From: a virus
Lineage: Duplodnaviria > Caudoviricetes
Length of the DNA stretch: 31,266 nucleotides
Direction: 5' to 3' (one strand)
Virus record (IMG/VR): IMGVR_UViG_3300044695_001827
Span: 1 to 31,266 of that record
Part shown: piece by piece, positions 1-6,604 of the stretch
How positions within the stretch are numbered: position 1 is the stretch's first letter
Layout: each line of letters starts with the position of its first letter
Made by a program: the position numbers and the translations under genes
The notes under the pieces: generated by a model
What the model was told of the DNA's origin: nothing
Database searches by the model: none
What the model saw: only the letters and a program-made list of their open reading frames with translations

Positions 1-129
1 CAACTGACTGACGATGTCATCAAGGCATGGTCGGACTACCACTCGACTAGGATTGATGCGGAGTTGGCGAAGAAACATACCGCCAGTGCAATCGACTTCA
101 TCAAGACCGCAATGGAGGGACAGCGATGA
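1..129 (+). CDS. 3' end of hypothetical protein (partial)
   Basis: Frame 1 is open from base 1 (QLTDDVIKAW...AMEGQR*); its TGA overlaps the next ATG (ATGA at 126-129). Confidence 0.7.
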   Translation, partial: QLTDDVIKAWSDYHSTRIDAELAKKHTASAIDFIKTAMEGQR

Positions 130-308
130 ACGATGCTGATATCAAGTTGCTACAGGGACAGGACATCGACATGGAGATTCTCCGTGCGTTGATGAAAATC
201 CAACACGACCTACGATTGTTGGTTGATCGTGTCGAGTCCATCGAACAGATGATGATTGCTCCACCACATGGATGGGACGACATCGAAGTAACCAACCCCC
301 CTTTCTGA
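126..308 (+). CDS. hypothetical phage protein (60 aa)
   Basis: GGAGG upstream, ATGA coupling, short coiled coil and acidic tail ending PPF. Confidence 0.7.
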   Translation: MNDADIKLLQGQDIDMEILRALMKIQHDLRLLVDRVESIEQMMIAPPHGWDDIEVTNPPF

Positions 309-321
309 TAGGAGTTTAAAC

Positions 322-708
322 ATGGACAGAATGTTTATCGATCCGGCGACTGGCGAGATGCACAACGAGCGATGGTTCCGCATGCAGGACATCGACCTCG
401 ACACCGTCATCGAGGCAGTCAAGATTGATGATGGAGACCTCGCGTTCGTCATCATCCCTGAGAACATAACCCGGATGAAGGTTAGGGATGAAATGGTCAT
501 CAGTCTCATCAGTCAGTTCACTGGAGCGATTCTTGAACGCATGAACGAGACTGACGATGAGGATGAGCGTGAGCAGTTGCGTGAGATTGGAAAAAGAATC
601 TGCACCGTGATGATGTTCAACCTCGCAGAGTTGGAAAAGGAGAAGAACCATGCAGACTTTCACCAGAGCGGAGGAAAATTCCACTGGAACCGTAGTGACT
701 TTCACTGA
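322..708 (+). CDS. hypothetical phage protein (128 aa)
   Basis: AGGAG RBS at 310-314; co-directional with neighbours. Confidence 0.75.
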   Translation: MDRMFIDPATGEMHNERWFRMQDIDLDTVIEAVKIDDGDLAFVIIPENITRMKVRDEMVISLISQFTGAILERMNETDDEDEREQLREIGKRICTVMMFNLAELEKEKNHADFHQSGGKFHWNRSDFH

Positions 709-868
709 CTGCGACGGGAACCCTGTGCTGTGGGTGTTCCCCTCACCGGGGCGCGTCTGGAAAGATCGTTGGGTTGCCTTCACCAACAGCGAGGAGTTCA
801 ATTACTTCAAGGGTTCCGAAGAAGAAGTGTTCAAGTGGGCTGATGCCTACCTATCCAAGTGTGTTTAA
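650..868 (+). CDS. hypothetical phage protein (72 aa)
   Basis: AAGGAG just upstream of ATG 650; overlaps the previous ORF by 59 nt. Confidence 0.7.
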   Translation: MQTFTRAEENSTGTVVTFTDCDGNPVLWVFPSPGRVWKDRWVAFTNSEEFNYFKGSEEEVFKWADAYLSKCV

Positions 869-883
869 CCAAGGAGAGATGAC

Positions 884-1075
884 ATGAAGAAGTCTGTGAT
901 GCTGATTGCGATGGCACTGGCAAGCATGTCTGCTCATGCGGGTACGGCGTACCTCAAGTACGAGCGGAACACCGGCATGACCAAGCAGTGCTACTACGAC
1001 TATCTTGGCAGCGAGTATGTGCGGACGGTGAGCGTGACTGCTCTGTGTCCGCTGACCATTCAGGTCAATCGCTGA
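884..1075 (+). CDS. small exported protein with Sec signal peptide and two Cys
   Basis: MKK + hydrophobic core + A-H-A cleavage motif; mature part has two Cys; AAGGAG RBS. Confidence 0.8.
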   Translation: MKKSVMLIAMALASMSAHAGTAYLKYERNTGMTKQCYYDYLGSEYVRTVSVTALCPLTIQVNR

Positions 1076-1080
1076 TTGAA

Positions 1081-1114
1081 GAAGCCCCGGCTCCCATCAT
1101 GGGGGTCGGGGTTC
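1081..1114. terminator. hairpin terminator between convergent genes
   Basis: GAAGCCCCGGCTCCCA-TCA-TGGGGGTCGGGGTTC stem (with G-U pairs on +) between the stops at 1075 (+) and 1117 (-). Confidence 0.75.
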
Positions 1115-1116
1115 TC

Positions 1117-1602
1117 TCACAGCAGTTTAAGATTCTCAGGCCCGATCTCACGGGTGTTGTCAGGGTCGTAGTCTGTCGGGGTTCCCAACTCCCACGCCCT
1201 GTCGTACTGAATCCACCCGTAGATTTCTACCTCCCTTAGTTCCGGCATCACCGGCTTGGCTACAAACAGCACAAGCCCCTTCCCTACCTGATGCCGTCGA
1301 ACCGCTGCGCTATCACGGGTACGCAGCCTCTTCACCTCGATGTTATCTCCAACATCCGCCATGCCTTTGTGTGTGTCGTGATGTTTAACCGGCCAGACAT
1401 GACCAGACCAGTATCGATTGGCGTACTTGGCAACTGCCAGTTCCGCCACACAAGCGGCGACCTGAGCGGTACGGTCATCCTCCATCCTCGCGCTGTCGTA
1501 GTGCTTGGCATTCTCCCGCGACCAGTTCTCAATGAACCGACGCGCACCGACATGGGATGCCCATTCGTATTCCCACGGGTCGAGTTTGATGATGGGTCTC
1601 AC
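1117..1602 (-). CDS. putative PD-(D/E)xK restriction-endonuclease-fold protein
   Basis: Helix with AELAVAKY followed by ADVGDNIEVK (E...D...ExK); start overlaps the primase stop. Confidence 0.6.
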   Translation of the reverse strand: MRPIIKLDPWEYEWASHVGARRFIENWSRENAKHYDSARMEDDRTAQVAACVAELAVAKYANRYWSGHVWPVKHHDTHKGMADVGDNIEVKRLRTRDSAAVRRHQVGKGLVLFVAKPVMPELREVEIYGWIQYDRAWELGTPTDYDPDNTREIGPENLKLL

Positions 1603-3284
1603 AGGTTCCCCCAGTCGTAGAAGTTGGTGGGAGCCTTGTCGCTGTATCTGCCAGTCGGTAGGTCGTAGTTCAATTCGATATCACCCACCGCACCGACCCA
1701 TTTGAACCGGCTCTTCCAGACATGGACTTGGGTCTCGTTCTTGTTGCGATGGACGGTGACACCCATGTCTGCCTTGGCAAACCACGCAGCCGATCCGCTG
1801 ATGTGCTGTCCCTTGGGGATGCCACTGTCTGGCAATGCCTTGGCAGGGTGCGCCACGAACCATGCATGAATCTCATGCGACTTACAGAACAGGACGATGT
1901 CGGTGAGCATCTTGCTGATAGCCTGTTGCTCTGAGTCACCCTGCATTTCGAGATAGTTGTAGGGATCGATGACCAACCCACGCACACCCATTCTCATGAC
2001 CGCCTGTTTGGTGCGGTCTATGATGGACTGTACAGTACTGGGCGCACCGTCATGGGATTGGAGGAACACGAAGTGTTGGTTCAGGAACGCGAGTGCATAG
2101 TCGCGCTCGTCGGAAGTCATCCGGTCATCCCCGAAGAACGGTTTACCAATGACCTTCTCTGCCAACTTGGCGATGTGCATGTGGGGCGGGTTCTCGAAAC
2201 TCGCAATGGCAAATCGCCACCCCTTCTGCATGGCGATGTTTACACATATCTGGTCGATGAGTTCTGACTTGCCGGAACCCGGAAGCCCAGTCACTACCGA
2301 CAGTTGTCCCGGTAGTATTGTGTACAACTTATCAAGTGATTCCATCCCGGTGCTTGCACCCTTGACCACCCCCTGCTCGTAGAGGCTAAGGATCTGTGGG
2401 CTGAAGTCCTCTGGGAGGTACACGCCCTCAAGGGGGAGGGGTCTAGCCGCCAATAGGGCTTCTCGTAAAGCCTCAGGGCCATGTTTCTGGAGGGTCTCGT
2501 TGGAATCCTTCTCAGGGAGGGTGACCGTCCAACACTTGGCTCGACCGATACGCCTCGCCAGTTCCTCGACCAGTGCCATCCCCGGCTCGTCTTGGTCTGG
2601 GAAGAACACCACCCTCTCGACCTTGTCGATCAGTTCCCGTGCGTCCCAGATGTACGAGAAGCGACCGTCCTGCTTGGGGTCTACCTTGCCATCGGTCACC
2701 TTCTGGGGTGCGCCGTTCGGGACAGACACGGCATGGATACCGGCTGACGCAAGGGCTAGGACATCCATCTCGCCTTCGCAGATGACCAGTTCCGTAATGT
2801 CCTGCGGTAGTTGGTTTAAACCAAACAGTGATCTGGCAGAGCCTTGCTGAGTGAACTCCTTGTCCCCGGTGCTGCGCCACTTGATGGCCTCAGGTTGGCG
2901 GGGGTCTCCATACACGAACCCGATGGCGGGTGAACGACCTGTCCCTGCGAAGTACTTCTCGGAACCGACCAAGGGAAACTGGTTGGCTATCTCGGGATTG
3001 ATTGCCCGTTTAACCAGAAAGTCTGTGACGATCTGGGGGATATGCTCAGTGGGTGGATCGATGTGCTTAGGTGCTGTTGACTTGGTGATGTGGACTTGTT
3101 GCATGAATGTTTTCTTCCTCATTGCTCCAGAGGTTCCGCAGTGGAAGCACTGATAGACCACTCGGTCTTCTTCCACCATGACCCCCATCGTTCTCTCATG
3201 GGTTTTCCTGCGTGAGTCTGCACAGACTGGACAACGGATGCGTGTTGTCTCTGTCTGCAAACTCAGTACTTCTTCCAGTGACAT
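1599..3284 (-). CDS. primase-helicase (T7 gp4/Twinkle-like: Zn finger, TOPRIM, SF4 helicase)
   Basis: CPVC...CFHC zinc finger, ICEGEMD and DQDEPG TOPRIM motifs, Walker A GLPGSGKS, LVIDPYN, VAHP, ISGSAAW. Start set at MSLEEV (3284) because of the ACAGGAG RBS; the ORF track extends to 3365. Confidence 0.95.
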   Translation of the reverse strand: MSLEEVLSLQTETTRIRCPVCADSRRKTHERTMGVMVEEDRVVYQCFHCGTSGAMRKKTFMQQVHITKSTAPKHIDPPTEHIPQIVTDFLVKRAINPEIANQFPLVGSEKYFAGTGRSPAIGFVYGDPRQPEAIKWRSTGDKEFTQQGSARSLFGLNQLPQDITELVICEGEMDVLALASAGIHAVSVPNGAPQKVTDGKVDPKQDGRFSYIWDARELIDKVERVVFFPDQDEPGMALVEELARRIGRAKCWTVTLPEKDSNETLQKHGPEALREALLAARPLPLEGVYLPEDFSPQILSLYEQGVVKGASTGMESLDKLYTILPGQLSVVTGLPGSGKSELIDQICVNIAMQKGWRFAIASFENPPHMHIAKLAEKVIGKPFFGDDRMTSDERDYALAFLNQHFVFLQSHDGAPSTVQSIIDRTKQAVMRMGVRGLVIDPYNYLEMQGDSEQQAISKMLTDIVLFCKSHEIHAWFVAHPAKALPDSGIPKGQHISGSAAWFAKADMGVTVHRNKNETQVHVWKSRFKWVGAVGDIELNYDLPTGRYSDKAPTNFYDWGNL

Positions 3285-3289
3285 GGACT

Positions 3290-3620
3290 CTCCTGTGTTC
3301 TTATAGCGAATACCTCCCCCTTTTCCGGGTGGCTGGGGCCAACCGTACTCAGTGTCACCATGCATTGCAGCATGGCACTGGAACTGCTTTCAGGGGAGAT
3401 ACCTATCTCATGCCCTACTTACACAAGTCCAGTCCGGTTTGGCTGTAAAGCCACCCACCATGTTGTCAGGGGTAGACAGAGCATGGATTTCACATGGCAC
3501 TTTGGGGCGGGAAGGATGATCCCCCTCCACTCACTTACGGCTCGCCTGACCGGCGTATACAAGACAGATTTGATTTCCACCCGTTTAGCGTGTAGATTCA
3601 CGCCTGTCTTGTCTTCGCAC
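3290..3620 (-). ncRNA. candidate structured RNA leader or ncRNA upstream of the primase-helicase
   Basis: No convincing ORF. Nested inverted repeats: 3559-3567/3604-3612, 3588-3592/3599-3603, 3327-3334/3449-3456, 3338-3349/3431-3443, 3350-3363/3370-3380, 3392-3400/3405-3416, 3465-3470/3545-3550. Confidence 0.6.
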
Positions 3621-3624
3621 TTCA

Positions 3625-3654
3625 AGACTACCGTTTGTTCACCCGGACGGTCAA
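3625..3654 (-). promoter_or_regulatory. putative sigma70-type promoter
   Basis: On the minus strand TTGACC (3654-3649)-N18-TAGTCT (3630-3625), directly ahead of the structured region. Confidence 0.55.
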
Positions 3655-3686
3655 GCCCCAGAGGAGAAATCTTCTGGGGCTTTCTT
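3653..3686. terminator. intrinsic terminator hairpin at the rusA 3' end
   Basis: AAGCCCCAGAGGA-GAAA-TCTTCTGGGGCTT 13-bp stem; T-rich tail on the + strand; abuts the rusA stop on the - strand. Confidence 0.8.
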
Positions 3687-4035
3687 ATTCCAGAGTCCTG
3701 ACAGTTATCTCTGCTCTGGGATTCGCCTTATCAAGGCGATGAAAGATGTGCTTCTCTTTCACCTGTCTATCATTCTCGTAGATGAATCCTTGCATGCAAT
3801 CAAGGATTACAGACTCATCCAAGTCAGGTCTGCGAGTCGCGTAGTAGATGGTGATATCTACCCGGACATCCCCGGACATCAGCGGATCAATCTTTTTGCA
3901 CTGCAACTTAAAGTCGCGCTCGTAACCACGAGCCTTCGCGGACTTGATGAACGCAGGCCGTCCGTTTAAATGCACAAGCATACGACTATTCGACTTGCTT
4001 GCTGGCTCACCATACACGACCAATTGTATTTCCAT
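3685..4035 (-). CDS. rusA: RusA-family Holliday junction resolvase
   Basis: GEPASKSN, RRPDLD, ILDCMQGFIYENDRQV conserved acidic motifs; start placed at MEIQLV. Confidence 0.85.
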   Translation of the reverse strand: MEIQLVVYGEPASKSNSRMLVHLNGRPAFIKSAKARGYERDFKLQCKKIDPLMSGDVRVDITIYYATRRPDLDESVILDCMQGFIYENDRQVKEKHIFHRLDKANPRAEITVRTLE

Positions 4036-4084
4036 ATACGACACCACAGGTTACAATGACAATAGTTTACAACAAGGAGGACGC
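4024..4084. promoter_or_regulatory. divergent promoter region
   Basis: AT-rich ~50-bp gap between divergent operons; + strand TACAAT at 4052-4057 with TTTCCA 17 nt upstream; AAGGAGG RBS. Confidence 0.45.
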
Positions 4085-4324
4085 ATGAAGATAGACAACA
4101 ATGTCCCTCTTCCCAAGCACCTAGCAGGGCGCGTGAGGATTGGGCCACTTCCACTTCTTGATCTTGATGTGGGCGACAGCATCCTAGTCGAGTGCAACCC
4201 TGATGAGATCGAGCGTGTTCTGCATTCGGTGCGCGTCAGGCTTTCAAGGTTCAGATCAAAGAACAAAGCCTTCAGGTTCAGTAGCGCAGCAGAGAAGAAA
4301 GGCATTCGCATCTGGCGGGTATAA
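4085..4324 (+). CDS. small putative DNA-binding phage protein
   Basis: MKIDNNVPLP...LDVGDSILV...GIRIWRV pattern common in phage early genes; AAGGAGG RBS. Confidence 0.75.
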   Translation: MKIDNNVPLPKHLAGRVRIGPLPLLDLDVGDSILVECNPDEIERVLHSVRVRLSRFRSKNKAFRFSSAAEKKGIRIWRV

Positions 4325-4337
4325 CACAGGAGACAAC

Positions 4338-5219
4338 ATGAAACTTACCAACAAGTTCGGGCTTCCCGATACGGTGGTCAAAGCATTGACCCGAAGCGAA
4401 TACAGCAAGGGTGAATCCAATCGCAGTGTGACTCAACTCATCGACTCACCCCGTGTCCGCATCCTCCGTCAGGAGAACTGGGACAACATGGAAGAAGATG
4501 TCAGCGAGAAGATGTGGGCTGTCCTTGGGACTGCCGCACACAAGATGTTCGAAGACACGGGTGATGACAAGCACCTTACCGAAGAGCGTCTCTACACTGA
4601 GGTCGAAGGTTGGGCTATCAGTGGAGCCATCGATGTTCAGCGTATCGAGGGCGATGGTGTAACCATCATGGATTACAAGACCACATCTGTCTGGTCTGTG
4701 ATCTTTGGCAAGAAGGAATGGGAACATCAGTTGAACTGCTATGCCTATCTCGTCCGGCATGCAAAGGGTGTAAAGGTCAAGGGTCTGAAGGTCGTTGCAA
4801 TCCTGCGTGACTGGAGAGCGAAAGACGCAGAGCAGAAGGCCGACTATCCCAAGGCTCCCATCGTGGAGATCGACATCCCTCTCTGGACTACAAGCAGACA
4901 GGATGAGTACATGCGGGGGCGCGTCGAGTTGCACCAAGAGGCTGAGTTCGACCGACTGACTGGCGCGGAACTGCCTGAGTGTTCAGCCGATGAAAGATGG
5001 GAGAAGCCGCACATCTGGGCTGTCAAGAAGACCGGCAACAAACGCGCACTCAAACTCTACGACAACGAGAAAGATGCCAACGAGGCACTTGCTGCGGGTC
5101 AAGAGATTGAGTTCCGTCGAGGCGAGTCAACCCGATGTGCAAATGATTGGTGTCGTGTAAACGCATGGTGTTCGCAATATAAAAATATGGCACCAAGCAT
5201 AGACAACACCGACGAGTAA
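4338..5219 (+). CDS. PD-(D/E)xK exonuclease (RecB/Cas4-like phage recombination nuclease)
   Basis: GTAAH, ISGAID, IMDYKTTS, QLNCYAYL and C-terminal Cys cluster (RCANDWC...WCSQY); RBS supports ATG 4338. Confidence 0.9.
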   Translation: MKLTNKFGLPDTVVKALTRSEYSKGESNRSVTQLIDSPRVRILRQENWDNMEEDVSEKMWAVLGTAAHKMFEDTGDDKHLTEERLYTEVEGWAISGAIDVQRIEGDGVTIMDYKTTSVWSVIFGKKEWEHQLNCYAYLVRHAKGVKVKGLKVVAILRDWRAKDAEQKADYPKAPIVEIDIPLWTTSRQDEYMRGRVELHQEAEFDRLTGAELPECSADERWEKPHIWAVKKTGNKRALKLYDNEKDANEALAAGQEIEFRRGESTRCANDWCRVNAWCSQYKNMAPSIDNTDE

Positions 5220-5255
5220 CTCGTATACTTCTATATAACAACACAGGAGAAGTTG

Positions 5256-5990
5256 ATGACTGAAGAAAACATCATTGATCAAAAGGCCATTGCGGATGAG
5301 TACCGCAATATCTGGGAGACCCTGTCCAAAATCGATGTGTCGAAGCATGTCGAGAAGAAGAACGGGTTGTCCTATCTGTCATGGGCATGGGCATGGGGTG
5401 TTCTCATGGAACACTTTCCGCATGCTGAGTATTCGTTCTCTTCCCCGGAACTGCATCAGGACGGAACCGTCACCATTCATTGTGATGTGATGATCGGTAA
5501 CTGCCTCCGCACAATGTGGCTCCCGGTAATGGACTACAAGAACAACGCCATCAAGAATCCCGATGCGCGGAAGATTAGTGACACGAAGATGCGGACATTC
5601 GTCAAGTGTCTCGCAATGTTCGGGTTGGGTCATTACATCTATGCCGGTGAGGATATCAATCCTTCAACGGAATCAGAGTCCGTTGTGCAGTTGTCCAAGG
5701 ACGAACTCAACGCTCTGTCGGAACCGCCTGAGCCGAAGAAGAAGAAGCCAGTACCCACCAAGTCTGGCCCCAATGACATCCCGACAGAAGAGGGTGCGGC
5801 TGAGGTGGTCGGTAAACTCTTGGAGTTCGCCAACAAGTTCTGCGCCGATGAGGCAGGGCTTGTCGGTTTCTGGAAGGAGAACAAGAAGATCATCGACATC
5901 GTGGATAGCAACTATCCGAAGCAGTACGAAGTACTCAAGCAAGGTTTCATTCAACTCAAGGCCAAAGTAGGAGGCAATGCAAATGTCTGA
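5256..5990 (+). CDS. single-strand annealing protein, DUF1071/Sak-type (Rad52 superfamily)
   Basis: LSYLSWAWAW, LPVMDYKN, KCLAMFGLGHYIYAGED motifs; located between exonuclease and SSB. Confidence 0.9.
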   Translation: MTEENIIDQKAIADEYRNIWETLSKIDVSKHVEKKNGLSYLSWAWAWGVLMEHFPHAEYSFSSPELHQDGTVTIHCDVMIGNCLRTMWLPVMDYKNNAIKNPDARKISDTKMRTFVKCLAMFGLGHYIYAGEDINPSTESESVVQLSKDELNALSEPPEPKKKKPVPTKSGPNDIPTEEGAAEVVGKLLEFANKFCADEAGLVGFWKENKKIIDIVDSNYPKQYEVLKQGFIQLKAKVGGNANV

Positions 5991-6261
5991 ATATCAGAAC
6001 CGGGACATGACCCAAGGCGCACTGTTCATCAACAACCGCAAGACAGCAACGAACCAACCTGACTTCCGGGGGGAACTGACTTTGAGCAAGGCTCTCCTCA
6101 AGGAGTTGGTCGAGCGTGTCAAGGAAGGCAAGGAGGCGAAGTTGTCTCTTGCTGTGTGGAAGAAGAAGTCGAAGGCGGGTAACGAGTACCAGTCCATCGC
6201 TGCTCAAATTCACACTGAGTACAAGAAGGAAGGATCAGAGGACATCGAGGTTCCCTTCTGA
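5983..6261 (+). CDS. phage single-stranded DNA-binding protein (short OB-like)
   Basis: GALFIN..K...QPDFRG, LAVW...SKAG.EY, acidic tail EDIEVPF; follows the annealase. Start could be 5977. Confidence 0.75.
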   Translation: MSEYQNRDMTQGALFINNRKTATNQPDFRGELTLSKALLKELVERVKEGKEAKLSLAVWKKKSKAGNEYQSIAAQIHTEYKKEGSEDIEVPF

Positions 6262-6491
6262 TGAAAAAGAAAACGCTTACCAAGTCTGACAAGATCAGAA
6301 AGTTTCTAGACCGTGGTTTACCAAGGCCGCAGATCTGCAAGAAACTCAATGTGTCTCAGCAGTTGGTCTACATCGTTGCCCGGAACCATGGGATGGTTAG
6401 CCCGGTTAAACGCAAGAGCAAGCGCAATACGGAACGCGAGGTTCTTGAAAAGTTGTGGTCAATCCTGAAAGACCACATGGAAAACAAATGA
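6261..6491 (+). CDS. helix-turn-helix DNA-binding protein
   Basis: GLPRPQICKKLNVSQQLVY is a HTH pattern; basic protein. Confidence 0.75.
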   Translation: MKKKTLTKSDKIRKFLDRGLPRPQICKKLNVSQQLVYIVARNHGMVSPVKRKSKRNTEREVLEKLWSILKDHMENK

Positions 6492-6604
6492 TCCGTTGGG
6501 TCAAAAACTTTCTCCGCTCGTACTCTGATTTCTATCAGTACGAATGGAGAAAGGTTCCACCGCCTAACTGGCGGAGTTCTCGCGGCGGAAGGGAATACTG
6601 GTGA
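6488..6604 (+). CDS. 38-aa Trp-rich small protein (absent from ORF track)
   Basis: MIRWVKNFLRSYSDFYQYEWRKVPPPNWRSSRGGREYW; ATGA overlap with the upstream stop and GTGA overlap with the downstream start. Confidence 0.65.
   Translation: MIRWVKNFLRSYSDFYQYEWRKVPPPNWRSSRGGREYW

Noticed and set aside
3285-3365. 27-aa N-terminal extension of the primase ORF in the ORF track
   Set aside because: No RBS at 3365, a strong RBS precedes ATG 3284, and the extension lies within the paired RNA region.
3340-3620. Group II intron: minus strand has GTGCG near the predicted start, plus GAGCCGTA and GTACGGTT resembling halves of domain V
   Set aside because: The two halves are about 190 nt apart rather than forming a ~34-nt domain V, no domain VI is evident, the region is too short, and no gene is interrupted.
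3360-3701. ORFs of 113 aa (+) and 68 aa (-) across the intergenic gap
   Set aside because: No RBS, atypical composition and no recognisable motifs; base pairing explains the region better.
4338-5219. Cas4-like nuclease as evidence of a CRISPR system
   Set aside because: No repeat-spacer array or other cas genes; the context beside an annealase and SSB indicates a recombination exonuclease.
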